Origin: Chiloscyllium plagiosum
Lineage: Eukaryota
Direction of reading: 5' to 3'
NCBI RefSeq assembly: GCF_004010195.1
Contig: NC_057711.1
Location: 79,332,866 to 79,396,865, forward strand
DNA length: 64,000 nt
Program-made: the position numbers and the translations under genes
The notes under the pieces: generated by a model
The model's input: the letters and a program-made list of their open reading frames with translations, nothing else
Told to the model about the DNA's origin: nothing
The model's database searches: none
Shown here: in pieces, positions 24,311 through 37,527 of the stretch
Position numbering within the stretch: the first letter of the stretch is position 1
Layout: the number at the start of each line of letters is the position of its first letter

Positions 24311-27300
24311 CAATATTTGTTATGATTGTTATAGTATGGAAATGTAAATCTGTTAATGTTGTATATTACAATATTTTATTTTGTAGGTAAAATTAATATT
24401 CCATTTCACTGCCTACAGGATCAATATTTAACATACTGAAAAGTCAAAAGTATTATTTCATAGGTATACAATCACACTCATTAATGCAATTCCAATTAAC
24501 AAAAAACTCAGTAATCTGCTTAGGAAGAGGAAACATTTGCCCATTGAATAAACAGAATATCTGACTGATTGAAACATACTCTCAACATTCTTTCTCTCAG
24601 TGATAAGCCATCGTAATTCACTGAGCTCTTGTTAGTTATGGGTCATTCATGTAAGAATGACCATAACTCAACTTTGTCAGTGAAATACACTGATTAACAT
24701 TTAAAAGCATTGGGTAAGCATAGATGTTCAGTGTATTTTGAACAATTTTAAGCTGAATATTGACTTTATTATGGCAAAGAGGAAATAAATTCTGCAGAGT
24801 ACTCCAATATAAGTTTAAACCATAAAAGGACCAATCAAAACACTTGCAGGTCAACATTAACACAAAATATTAAAGCATACCGTACATATATAATTAGCTT
24901 AGCAATAATAAGATTACCAATTGATGGTGAGAATACTCCAATATATAAGTCAAAAGCAGTTTTTCATCTTAAAATGAGGCCTATTCCTGAAAACATCCTT
25001 AGTATAAACAGTACTCCTCTCTGCACATTTGCACTCACCAGTCCCTTTTATATGAGATTTCATTTAAACTACCTTTTAATTGTATGTACTGGTATGACAG
25101 AACATGAATGATGTACTCACGTTAATTAGGGCTCAAGTCACCAGACTGTGCCAGCTGGAAGCTGAGAAACAAGTGTAAATTATTCTGTCATCAATCAGCT
25201 TGAAAATGTTTGAATCACTAATTAGTTTGCAATTTAGACGACAGTTTATCTGATGCACATTGTGTCAAAAACTTTAGATCTTAGGTGAATAAATTGCTAG
25301 CAAAAAGCACTTATTCCCTGCCTAAAAACATGAAGGCTCATTTCCATGTTGAAGGGTGGCCCGGCAGTGTTCATTAAACTCCAACTGGGACTATGTAAAT
25401 CAGGAATCCCTTTAAGCACTTCAGCCTGTGGATGGTATTTAGTAAAAGAAAGCTTGCCTCTCTTTTTATTATTAATAATTCATATCCAATAGATGAGGAT
25501 GTTTGTGCTTAAACAGCTTTGAAAAACATCACAACGGCAAAAAGGCAATCACCCTTTTACATGAAAATTAGTTGTGCAGTGTCTTGCTGTGCAACTGATT
25601 TATTCTCCTCAGGTGTCATGTGACTGGAATGTTAAACAGTCCGTTATTAGCCCTTGTCCTTTAAAGACATGCAAAACAGACATTAAATAGCCAGTGATCA
25701 GACATAATTCTGTACTTAGACCTGCACCTCTCAGGCTGCTAATAGTATATGCATGAGGCTGTTTAGTATTACCAATGTTCATTATCAGAAGATAAATTAA
25801 GGTCATAATTTTTTTTAAAAATCAAAGTCTTGTCTAAGAAAGCAATATAATGAATGTTTCCTTTTTAAAAATTAATGACCTTTTTTTCTGATAGTAGGCA
25901 GTCTGCCAGTCTGCAGGGTGTCATCATTTTTTTATTCTTTCGTACGAGAGGATTAATATTCATAGAGATTAGAAATTGAGCTTGCAGGGATGCTTATTAT
26001 CCATTTCCATAACATTCATTTGAAGAGAAGATACTTACAACAAAAGAAAAGGAACCAGCGTGATAAGAGATTTGTGTTTTAGAAATAGGATTTAAAATAC
26101 AAAAATAAATCTATTACAAAGCGTTCTTGTTAAATGGACTTAAACTACACGTGACTTTTTGACTTCCAGGTGAGTAGCTTTTGAAAGTATTACTTTCATA
26201 ATGCCCGTATCTTGATCACTGACCTTGGCCCACTGACTTGAGAGCATATTCATTGTCTTTCTTCACACTTAGCCTACCAGGATTTTGTTTTCCTTTCAAT
26301 AAATCCCATCGTTATGTAGATTACCCTAATTTTTTTTATCCAATGGCTAATTTGCATCTCCCTTCTCCAGTTTTTTACTTTAATCCCGTCAAATAGAAAA
26401 TGGCTGCTCCAGGAAAGTCGACATTGTAAAGGGAAACTTACCATAGAGCTTTCAGCCTAAAGATTGTGTGGAAGCCAGAAATAAAAATGGAAAATGTTGG
26501 AAATGTAGGTCAGCATGTCAGTCAGCATCCATAAAGCACAACAGCTTCAAGTAGAAATTAGTGCATACCCAAAGAAGGAAGCCTGATAATTAGGTCACAT
26601 TTTCATCCAACTTTTTCAGTTAAACTACCACTCTTTCTGGACCTCTTTGGGCCAGTTGCACTGAGAGGAAAATTAATTCTGGTTTGCTAATAGCAGCCAT
26701 TAATCTTCAGGAGAAAATTTGGAAAGAAACTGGATCAGTCGAGAAGCAGAGTTTATGCTGCGAATGCTATTGAAGGCTTTGTACAATTTTTTTATGGCTC
26801 TTCCAACAAAGTCAAAACAGCCTGGGTGTGATTCTGGCAGGGGCAACTCCTCCAGGGTACAGCTATTGGTTACATCTGTGATCTGACAGCCATTTGTCTC
26901 ATATAAGCTCTTTCCTACGCACCTTGTGTCCACTTGGACAAATTTCAACCCAAATGTGGAATATCTGCGTTGCTGACTGGAGTCCCTAACACGAGCCCTT
27001 AATTAAATCAATTTGCCACTAAGATAAGGCTCTCCCCATACTTGCCAGGAAAGAAACAATTTAACCCCACTACAGTCTCTTCAGGAATGGCTCAGGGCTG
27101 GCACTGTGTTGGGGAATTGGCTCAAAGCCAGGTTTTATAAAATTGCAGGTCCAACTGCTTCCAACCTGGATCATCTGGTTGAAGGCATGTGTGTATCATT
27201 AGGAATACATGCTGGAAGTATGCAGTATAAACAGAACACATATCAGTCACCTTGGATTGCTGACTTGATGCCAGCATTGCTATTTTCTACCTTGACACTC

Positions 27301-28259
27301 TGACTAACTCGCTTTTAAACATGCAGTCTAACAAGCCTTCAGCAACAGGTTAAACCACATCCTATTCTACCATAAAGTGATAATTAACAATTTACAGTTT
27401 AGTTGTTTATTAGTTGCTAATGGCACTGTACAACGTTTGGCAGCTTTTGGTGCTTTGAGAGCTGGTTACAATTGGTGAATCAACAGGAAGTTGTCTGACA
27501 CACCACTGTGACTGTGGCTGCAAGGGCTCTGGCCACACTCCTACCCTTGGGTGCTATCATTGCAATTCCTCTTGGGCTGGAACATGAGAGGGAGATGGAG
27601 GTGGGGCAGCAAAGTTGAGAATACCCTGCATACAAAGGGAAGAAAAAGCCTTGGATTTCCTGGGAACACTTCTCTTACTACCACCTTATCCAGAAGCATT
27701 GTGTCTGTTGTTTGTCCTTTAAAAGGAGTTGCCTGCAGTAGTCTCCCATCTCAGAGCAGGATAAGGACTGTGCAGCCATTGACTGGAAAGGTGACTCTGA
27801 CCCTAAATATCTTAGCCTTAAGATCATCCCACGATGAAGCGGGCAATATATCTAACATCGCCTGGCTTTCTGTTCTTTAGTGCACTCGATTGAATCCTGG
27901 AGTGAGGAGACATTGAGTAAAATCAATCTAAATGCCCTGGAGTTTAGATGATGATTTCATTGAAACACATATGACTGAATATTATGTTTTTGTTTAGGAA
28001 TTACTATTTCTGTGGAGTGATTCTCATCACAAGAGCAAGCGAGATTTCTTATAATTTCTTAGCAAATGGATGCTGTTTTAGCTCTCACGATGAGATCCAT
28101 GTCTTATTTCTACCCCATCTCACCGCATGCCATGCACAGAACTTACTGCTGAGTGGAGGTTCTCCACAAGACCAGAATGCCTTGCAGCTATTCCATCTTC
28201 AAAAGCCCACAGCCCACCTGCAGAATGCTGCTATCTGCAAGCTGTGTTGCTCAGCTGTA

Positions 28260-28915
28260 GAAAGAATGAGGAGAAGTGGCAGTGAAGGGGCGACTGACTT
28301 GGAGGGTCCTAGAGGTGGGATAGAGGAGAGGAGTTCTCTTCCTGAAAGACTGGTAAAGAAGGCACCCCACCATATCAAGCCAGACTGGTCAGAGATTGTT
28401 ACCTGGGAAAATGCCATCTCCAGGGTGAGGACTACCAGGCAGTCATGCAGGAATAAGGTCAATGATCTTCTCCATTCTACTAGGGTAAATGTCATACTCT
28501 CCTCTCTGCTGCCTCACTCTTATCTGTGCCAACACACACACTTTCCACCAATGCTTATGCTTTGATGCTCTTTCAGTCAAATGCAACACTTTCCTTTATT
28601 CACTCTGTTATTTCCCCAATCTCCCACACAGCTAACCCTGTAAGAATTCCATGATGCCTCTCCACTCCCTCCTCACTCTCTCAGAACAACTCAGCATATA
28701 CACCCACAACATGTACCAGCTTTAACAGCCATGCCACCCACTTCTGTCTTACTGTTTCACCAGCTTTACGTCATTGCAGCAGAAGACATCCCGTAACAGG
28801 GCACAACAATATCAGGCAGTTGTTGGGGTGCCCCATGTCTGTGCCATCACCAAGGAAAGGATTCTTGTCCTGGCAGGAGAAGACAGGCACTGCTCTGGTG
28901 GGGATACAGAAACAT
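28260..28915 (+). pseudogene. Harbinger Myb/SANT-like DNA-binding gene remnant, two exons
   Basis: Exon 1 ..PDWSEIVTWENAISRVRTTRQSCRNKVNDLLHSTR, donor GTAAAT at 28485, acceptor TTGCAG at 28779, exon 2 QKTSRNRAQQYQAVVGVP..KERILVLAG. Confidence 0.75.
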
Positions 28916-29074
28916 CACCCGAATCAGTGATGTCTGTCATCCAACTGTAATGGTCACATTTATCAGGTGCCAAACACCAAGACTAACCAATGGCTGCAAT
29001 GTTGTCTGCCTCTCCTGCCTTACATTGGATCCATCCTCACAAGGACCAGCCTGTGTACCATAGAAGAGTGTTCG

Positions 29075-29365
29075 TAGAATTATAGAATCCCAACAGCATG
29101 GATGCAGGCCATTCAGTCCATTGAGTCCATGCTGAACCTCTGAAGAGCATGCCACCGAAACGCACCCCCTCCCAACCTAACCCTGTATTGCTGCATTTCC
29201 CATTGCCAAACTACCTATCCTGCACATCTTTGGACTATGGGAGGAAACTGGAGCACCCGAAGGAAACCCAGCAGACACAGGAAGAAGGTGCAAACTCTGC
29301 ATAGACAATTGCCCAAGGATGAAAGTGAACTCAGGTCCCTGGCACTGTGAGGTAGCAGTGTCACC
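29075..29365 (-). mobile_element. HE1 SINE
   Basis: Core and head motifs; TAGAATTATAGAATCC tail. Confidence 0.85.
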
Positions 29366-30382
29366 CCAGATGACAGTACAGACACATTGTCTCCCCTGCC
29401 TCCTGGAAGCTCCAGCAGCACAATTGAGGATTTCTCAGTAGGCTCTTTAAGGGGACACAATGAGTTCTACATACTGACAGCTCCGCAGACGGGTGAGGGA
29501 GAAACACCCTAGACCACTGGCAGTCAGGGCACTGCAGAACCTTCAGCAGGGAGATAACACTGTGGTCTTGGTGATGAAAGATTTTGTTGATGCGCAGGGA
29601 GGAGCAGCAGTACCATGTAGGCAGGCATACAGGATGCGCTGGTCCTCATAGCTGAGAAGTGACAGCATTGCAGCTAGCCTTGTGACTCTCAGACTGCCTC
29701 TATTGACAGGTTGGTAGCTGTCATGGAGGGACAGGCCTAGCACCTCCACAGGCTACTGGGGGTTTGGGGGTGGGGGCTCAACAATCCTTGCACTCCACTG
29801 TACCATTCGTTGGTCCTCAGGACCAAAGGCAGATTGAGAATGGGATGGGGAGCTTTAAGCTGGGTCATATGCTCCTCCTCACAAGGAGACAGAGCAGTGC
29901 CATGAGGTATAGCCGAATGAGGAGCCTCTTGACAATTGACCACAGAGCAACGTTTTCACTGAGTTCTTTTTCTCTTCTACATAGACTTCCGAGGTCTATA
30001 TGCAGCAGTCATTTCCAGAACCAGAAGACAAGAATCCAATGGCTGGGACACAGCAACCACTGTGTGCATACCCTTGAAGTTACACAGCTTCGAGAGGGAG
30101 TCATGCTGCAGAGGTGACCAGGCCCTTCGCCTCCATCTCCACCTCCACCCTGCCCGCCCCTCTTCTGTCAGTTGAAAATTCTAGCCAAGGAGGATCAAGC
30201 TCCATTTGGTAAGAAACCCTATTAGCATATGTGGCCTTTTCAGACACAAATGTCCCCAGGGTCACCTGAGAAAAACCTTCAGGCTGGCAGGATCCACTAG
30301 GGAGTAGATTCCTTTCACTCTATCTGTGAAATAGGGGAATTCAGTGTATCACAACAGGAAGCACAGGAGGAGAAAACTCAAC

Positions 30383-30545
30383 AACTGAAAGCTAATGCTA
30401 CAGATGCTGAAAGTCTGAAAGAAACTGAAAATGCGGGAGAAGCTCCGCAGATCTGTCAGCATGGATGGAAAGAGAAATAGCGTAAACTGCTAGAACTACA
30501 GTTCTGAAGAGGAGTCATATCAAACTTGAAATATTAATTTGCTTC
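30383..30545. mobile_element. Non-autonomous PLE-derived fragment with degenerate hammerhead
   Basis: CAGATGCTGAAAGTCTGAAA.. followed by GTTCTGAAGAGGAGTCATATCAAACTTGAAATATT. Confidence 0.6.
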
Positions 30546-30899
30546 ATAGCATGTGTGGGTAATGACTGGTAAAGTCACGTAAAATGTTTTACTGCGTATG
30601 CTGTGATGTAAGTAGTTTGTTTTGCAAACAATGTCCTGTTGAAAGTTTGGTTTTCAAATAACATCAGTTCAATAGATCACAAACCTTCATGCCTCACCAT
30701 TGATACACTTGTCCCTGTATCTGTTTTCCCTGTAGAGGAGCCTCACTCCTCAGCCATTAATGAGGGGCAATGGTTAGGAGTGTAAAATAGGTGCCAAATA
30801 CATTGTGTGGGAGCAGAACCAGCACACTCCAACACTTCAGCACCACCCTCCTTTCAGTTGTTACCTCCTGCTAGATTGGCTGTATGCACATGTATTTCA

Positions 30900-32600
30900 G
30901 GGAGTTCCTCATTGGTGACAGGAAGTTATAAGGTGCAGGATGGCCACGGAATAGGGACCCTGTATACCAGTATTGCCCAGTTAACATGTATTAGAGGACA
31001 ATGTTGCTTCTGTATGCCAGATTATATAGGCCCCTCCTTCATGAGTCGGCTCACTTACCCAACTCACTATGAGTCCCTTCGAAGCCAATCACCTTAATCT
31101 TATGCACTATCCATGTGCTTCATGACGCTACAGTCCTCGGCCAATGTCTTTTAGCCTCAGCATTAATAAGTAGTTGAATTCCCACTATTACCTTTTCCTT
31201 TCCAGATATCCTTTTTTGTCCGGCCCACAGACTTCACACTTCCCCAGCTTATCATCCAGGTGATGTACATCATTACTCCAGTGGCTGACCTGTGCCCTTT
31301 CTCTCCTTAATTTCTGCAAATGGAGGTGATGGGATGACCATAGTCCACTGTCTCAAGCGAGCTGAACTGTCAGTACCCTTCCAGCCCCTAGGTGAAACAG
31401 TCCTGAACCCCACCTCCCTCCCATCATTGAAGCATCAATCCCACCATTGGACAACCCGCCATGGAGACAGAAGACTGATAATAGCTGCTCTCTGCAGCAT
31501 GAAGGCACAGTCACCCTGTGCAAAACCACTCCAACCAGACAATAAATTATAGAATCATGACAGTGCAGATAGAGGCCATTCACCCATCTAGTCTACACTG
31601 ACCCTTTGAGGAGCATCCCACTCATAACCCCACATCTAGCAATAGCCAATCCAAGTAACATGCACACCTTTGAATTGTGGGAGGAAACTGGATCACTTGG
31701 TGGATGCCCACGCAGACAGAGCGAGAACATGCAAACTTCACACAGTCACCTAAGGCTGGAATTGAAATCGGTCCCTGGTATTGTGAGGTGGAAGTGCTAA
31801 CCACTGTGCCACCATGCCTGACTGTGGTCAATGCCTGGAACTGGTTTGGGTGGGTGACTGCCCATGTCTAATTGTGCTAGGATCCCTGACTGACTGTGCT
31901 CCTATGGATTTTACTGCAGACTACTCCCATAACATTTTGAGACATGTACTACCACTTACTGCAGATGTTGAATTGAATTGAATTAAATTTCCTGTCACAT
32001 GTACCAGGGCACAGTGAAAAGTTTTGTCTTGTGAGTAATACAGGCAGATCACAGAGATAAATAAGATGCTATATTGTTTTGCTGAATGCTGCTTCCACGT
32101 GATACAGATCCTAGAGCAACATGGAAAGCTGAGATTAGACAATGTGTACACGATCTTGACTGAGGGCTACTGCATAGCATGACCACCTGTCTGCTTGTGT
32201 GCATGGGCTAATTGTCAATATAAGGCATGGCAAGGCATGCATATTAAGCGTAAGTCAGAAGCCACCAGGTGAATGCACACTGAGAGAGCAAGGGGGCAGC
32301 CCTGGTAAACAGACTGGTCCATGCCATGTAAAGAGTTCCCTTCTCTGTTTGGCACCTGTACCCAATGCAGCTATATACTGCTGGTCACTGGTGTGAACTG
32401 CTAGACTAGTCTGTCCTGTCAGTGAACAGTGCTAGTGCACCTGAGGATGCCAGGATGTTGGCGATGACGCCATGAAAGTGGAATGCCATAGTGGAAGGGC
32501 GCATGCAACTGGTGCTGGTGAATTGTGCTCTGTTATTGTTCCGTGGGTAAGGTGGAGGCCTTACGGAGCAAGTGGAATGTTGAACTCGCTGGAAACCCAC
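30900..32600 (-). pseudogene. Very decayed Harbinger transposase, convergent with the 28.3-kb Myb/SANT gene
   Basis: Weak motif remnants (RPPPYPR; VIANILAS; DCAFML; degenerate C-terminal C.LHN region); interrupted by SINEs. Confidence 0.45.
31548..31818 (-). mobile_element. HE1 SINE
   Basis: Core and head ..GTGCTAACCACTGTGCCACC. Confidence 0.85.
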
Positions 32601-32698
32601 TCTGATTGCCATGTTGAATTTTCCCGATGGTTGGTTTGTAAGGTGAGTTTGGTCAGATCATTGCTGTGGTTCTGTTCGCCGAGCTGGAAGTTTTTGTT

Positions 32699-32738
32699 GC
32701 AAACGTTTCGTCCCCTGGCTAGGCGACATCATCAGTGC
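32699..32738 (-). ncRNA. Minimal hammerhead ribozyme (left pLTR)
   Basis: Exact reverse complement of 34283-34322. Confidence 0.7.
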
Positions 32739-33090
32739 TTGGGAGCCTCCTGCGAAGCGCTTCTTTGATGTTTCCTCCGGTGTTTACAGTGGTCTGTCCC
32801 TGCCGCTTCCGGTTGTCAGTTTCAGCTGTCCGCTGTAGTGGTTGGTATATTGGGTCCAGGTCGATGTGTTTGTTGATGGAGTTTGTGGATGAATGCCATG
32901 CCTCTAGGAATTCCCTGGCTGTTCTCTGTCTGGCTTGCCCTATGATAGTAGTGTTGTCCCAGTCGAATTCATGTTGCTTGTTGTCTGCATGTGTGGCTAC
33001 CAAGGATAGCTGGTCGTGTCGTTTCGTGGCGAGTTGATGTTCATGTATGCAGATTGTTAGCTGTCTTCCTGTTTGTACTATATAGTGTTT

Positions 33091-33929
33091 NNNNNNNNNN
33101 NNNNNNNNNNNNNNNNNNNNNNNNNNNNNNNNNNNNNNNNNNNNNNNNNNNNNNNNNNNNNNNNNNNNNNNNNNNNNNNNNNNNNNNNNNNNNNNNNNNN
33201 NNNNNNNNNNNNNNNNNNNNNNNNNNNNNNNNNNNNNNNNNNNNNNNNNNNNNNNNNNNNNNNNNNNNNNNNNNNNNNNNNNNNNNNNNNNNNNNNNNNN
33301 NNNNNNNNNNNNNNNNNNNNNNNNNNNNNNNNNNNNNNNNNNNNNNNNNNNNNNNNNNNNNNNNNNNNNNNNNNNNNNNNNNNNNNNNNNNNNNNNNNNN
33401 NNNNNNNNNNNNNNNNNNNNNNNNNNNNNNNNNNNNNNNNNNNNNNNNNNNNNNNNNNNNNNNNNNNNNNNNNNNNNNNNNNNNNNNNNNNNNNNNNNNN
33501 NNNNNNNNNNNNNNNNNNNNNNNNNNNNNNNNNNNNNNNNNNNNNNNNNNNNNNNNNNNNNNNNNNNNNNNNNNNNNNNNNNNNNNNNNNNNNNNNNNNN
33601 NNNNNNNNNNNNNNNNNNNNNNNNNNNNNNNNNNNNNNNNNNNNNNNNNNNNNNNNNNNNNNNNNNNNNNNNNNNNNNNNNNNNNNNNNNNNNNNNNNNN
33701 NNNNNNNNNNNNNNNNNNNNNNNNNNNNNNNNNNNNNNNNNNNNNNNNNNNNNNNNNNNNNNNNNNNNNNNNNNNNNNNNNNNNNNNNNNNNNNNNNNNN
33801 NNNNNNNNNNNNNNNNNNNNNNNNNNNNNNNNNNNNNNNNNNNNNNNNNNNNNNNNNNNNNNNNNNNNNNNNNNNNNNNNNNNNNNNNNNNNNNNNNNNN
33901 NNNNNNNNNNNNNNNNNNNNNNNNNNNNN
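33091..33929. other. Assembly gap
   Basis: Run of N inside the Penelope RT region. Confidence 1.
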
Positions 33930-34282
33930 AGTTGTGGTGTGGGGTCAAATTCCTTCATTTGGTAGGTGTTGATATCTGCAAGTAGTTGTTGTGCTTTTTG
34001 GATGTAATCAGATTTATCTAGGATGACCGTCATTCTGCCTTTATCTGCTGGTAGTATGATTATGTTCTTATCGTTTCTTAGTGATTTGAGTGCTTACCTC
34101 TCCTTGGTGTTGAGGTTATGTGTTTGTCTTTTCCTTATTATCATAGGTATGACAGTTTGTCTCACTGTTTGTTCTGTCTCTTCTGTCAGTCCATTGTTCC
34201 TGAGTGTGCATTCTAGTGCTGCTAGGAACTAGAGGAAACACCGGAGGAAACATCAAAGAAGCGCTTCGCAGGAGGCTCCCAA

Positions 34283-34322
34283 GCACTGATGATGTCGCCT
34301 AGCCAGGGGACGAAACGTTTGC
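34283..34322 (+). ncRNA. Minimal hammerhead ribozyme (right pLTR)
   Basis: GCA-CTGATGA-T-GTCGCCT(AGCC)AGGGGAC-GAAA-C-GTT-TGC: intact core, stem II with one G.G mismatch, palindromic AAACGTTT, GUU site. Confidence 0.7.
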
Positions 34323-35214
34323 AACAAAAACTTCCAGCTCGGCGAATAGAACCACAGCAACGAGCACCCGAGCTACAAATCTTCGCACAAACTTTGGTCA
34401 GATCATAACCAGTAATGAGGTTGGGCTGTTAACAAGGTGTTGCAACAATAAACTTCAATAGGGAACTCACCACTGCTTAGCAAGAATCTCACTACACCCA
34501 CTGCGAAAAACAAACCCGTTGCTGTGAGAGGATCTTGATATTGAGATAGGCCCTGCCAGATATCTCACCTGATTCTCCCAACCTTCTCGCTATAGTCCAC
34601 ATCACCCAGAGCCTGGTAAGATTCCACCTTGCCATTCTTAGAGGACTTACTGGGACTAATGGGAAGAGGCTGTTTTCCAATCTGGAGAGAATATAGGAAC
34701 AAAAACGTCAGGATAACAGTTCTCCTAAGATGTGACTTTGAGAGCACCACAACTCAATGCTAAATACACTGCATTCACAAAAAATTACCATTGGCTGAAT
34801 GTGTTTTTCATATGACAACATTCCCTCATCATGCTGGCAGCTATCACGATGCTTTCCGTTTGCATCAGTCTGCTCTTCCATCAGTCTTTCAGCCGCTAGA
34901 GTAAACTAGAGGGTAACTACCGGGTGCTCAGGTATATCAGCTTTACATATGGATGATGCCTCCACTCAGCAATTGACTATATGTGCCCAGAGTGTTTACA
35001 GTGATTGCTACAGTGCCATATGGTAACATTGTGTAAAACAGTTTATGCTTAGAAAAGTAAATTAAACTTTTAGTATTTAAATCAATTTAGTGATGTGTTT
35101 TTATTTTTACATTTTCACACTGTACCTGTGTGTGTTTATTAAAGGCTAAATCATAAGATCCTCAAGTGTTTATCTTGATTATAAATTAATTATTCATTGC
35201 TGATGATTAAATGA

Positions 35215-35551
35215 GGGCAGCACGGTGGCTCAGTGGTTAGTACTGCTGCCTCACAGTGGCACAGACCCAAGTTTGATTCCAGCCTCAGGCAATTGTCTGT
35301 GTGGAGTTAACACATTCTCCCTGTGTCTGCGTGGGTTTCCTCCAGGTGCTCTGGTTTCCTCCCACAATCCAAGATGTGCAGTTTAGGTGACCTGGCTGTG
35401 CTAAATTGCCCATAGTGTTCATGGATGTGTAGGTTAGGTGCATTGGTCAGGGATAAATACAGGGTGGGGAAATGGGTCTGGGTAGGTTACTCTTTGGAGG
35501 GCCAGTGTGGACTTATTGGGCTGAAGGGCCTGTTTCTACACTGTAGGGATC
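35215..35551 (+). mobile_element. HE1 SINE, full length
   Basis: GGGCAGCACGGTGGCTCAGTGGTTAG head to ..CACTGTAGGGAT tail. Confidence 0.92.
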
Positions 35552-36339
35552 CCAGTTCAAATTTAGTGCCTTAATAGTTCTTATGCATAACCAACACTAC
35601 TTTCAAAAAGTTTTTGCTAAGCAAACTGACTTTACATTTACAGTATACAGTAGTTTGTTCCCCTTATCAAGGTTGTGTCCTTGGTATGGTACATTTAAAT
35701 GCTATCTCTATACATATAAAATGTAAATTTTTGCCAAACTATGAATTATTTCCAGTCAGCTACATAGGTTAATAAAAATCCAGTGCAAATTTAATCTTCC
35801 TTGTGAAGCAACTATTTTTTAATATTACAAAGTGCTCATGGTTTTATTGCTCACTTACCACGTTAAGACTGTGTGACAGATTTACAGTCCTGAGCCCAAT
35901 TTAATCTTGGAGAGCCTGAGTGTTAGTTTCTAGGATTGCAGTATATTTCTAAAGTAAAACAACACAAAAATCTTTGATTTTCAGAATACTGTATCATAAT
36001 TGGATCTGTCACATTGACCCTAACCTGTAATAAAAATAAAAAAATGCCTGAAATGTATTACAAGTAGAACTCATCCTTCTAAATCAAGATAGGATTCTCT
36101 TTCTGAAAGGAAGGTAACAAAATCATAGCTATCGTTTTACTATGCACGTTCTAACTGTTTAACTTTGTATTTGTATTGTTTTGCTTGTATTCATCCTTCT
36201 GTGTTTCTTTTGCTTTCTGGCATTGCACAAGTTCATGATAATTAAATGTAAATATTTGTTGCTTTCTTTTTAATGAACATTATATTCATAAATGCTGTGA
36301 TTATGAAAAAGTAGTGATTTTTTTTAGGAAACAATAACA

Positions 36340-36510
36340 GAAATGCTATGGAAGAGTAGGCCATTCATCCCCTCAAGCCTGTTCTGCAATTTAGTCAAGT
36401 AATTGCTGATGTGTATTTCAATTCCACTTATTCATCTTTGATCCACATCCCATGATAGCATTTCTTAAAATCTATTGATCTCAGTCTTGAACATTTCTAT
36501 TCATGTACAC
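36340..36510 (-). mobile_element. CR1 3'UTR fragment
   Basis: GAGTAGGCCATTCATCCCCTCAAGCCTGTTCTG. Confidence 0.65.
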
Positions 36511-36789
36511 CCGAAACATAGACCTATTTGTTCTCTGGACAGGTACAGACTTTCTGAGTGCTTCCAGTATTTTTAGTTTATCTTGCAGATTTCTGGCTTT
36601 TGTGGTGCTTTATAGTGATATCCGTAAGCTCCCTATTGTATTGGCTTTGCTTATAACCACAGAATTTGATCCACAGTTTATTAATCCTGTTGTATCACCA
36701 TCTGCTGACAAGCTGCAAGAATAAACAGGTCTCACTTTGTTTATGTTGTAATACCAATATCACGAGTTGACAGTGAAAATTCTTTACAG

Positions 36790-37350
36790 CACAGGTGGAA
36801 TTTAATTTCACCCCCGTGAATAGGCTGGGGAGGTGGTAAGGGAGAAGAGACTGCAGAATGGGAAGGGAAGGCCTGAGCGGCAGTGCCTGTTGCCTTTCCA
36901 ACACCCCAGATTTACTTCCGAGAGAGAAATTTGAGAACGGCCTTCCCCACTGAGGGCTCTTAACTGATTAGTGAATGATCACTAAAGGACCTCATCCACT
37001 GCCATTTTGGAAGGCTGCCATCTTGGAAATAAAACCAGCTCATCAACAAAGAAACCTCACCCCTGTTGAGTCCTGCTTGACTAACCTTGGCAAGACAAAC
37101 AAATGTACCTTCAATATGGGAGCTTATTTTATCCATTCTATTCCAGGCCAGATATAGTATCAGCAATGAACACCCCTCCTGGTGGCTGGTCCGGGATTGA
37201 AGAAATGTTGTCCCTTTGATTGGCTGGCAGCTCCTGAAGCAGGATCTCTATCCATGAAGAAACAGAAGGCCTGTTGTCTTCCAGATAAATACCTGCACGC
37301 AATTGAGTCGCAGTTTTTGAAAACCATTGTGGAAGGGTAGCTCACAGTTT
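36790..37350. mobile_element. Probable non-autonomous DNA transposon (Harbinger-like) remnant
   Basis: GGTGGAATTT-type start and GC-richer interior; second TIR not confirmed. Confidence 0.3.
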
Positions 37351-37527
37351 TCCTTCAATTCAATGTTACAGCATGATTGGATGCAAAAGGATGTAGTTTA
37401 TGGCAAAAGTGTAGAAATGGTAAAAGAAACAAGCTTAGTATAGGTCTACTGCAGCATGAAACATTCACCAATTTGATCATTTACTATGTTTAACAACAAC
37501 AGAGAAATTATGTGTGAATTTCTACAT

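Larger units (their letters stand above)
32662..34392 (-). mobile_element. Penelope element with inverted terminal pseudo-LTRs
   Basis: Minus ORF pieces IIILPADKGRMTVILDKSDY (RT N-term, in-frame stop just upstream) and KHYIVQTGRQL..HEHQLATKRHD..REFLEAWHS (GIY-YIG). 125-bp inverted repeats at 32661-32785 and 34236-34360; TSD TTTGGTCAGATCA(T) at 32648 and 34393. Confidence 0.93.

Noticed and set aside
26700..26948. 82-aa minus ORF in unique sequence
   Set aside because: Non-ATG start, no motif, no convincing splice sites.
27984..28565. 193-aa ORF as a host gene
   Set aside because: Only the C-terminal part resembles Myb/SANT, and it sits in a Harbinger context.
32719..34033. 300-400-aa ORFs
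   Set aside because: Length comes from the N gap; only the flanking Penelope peptides are real.
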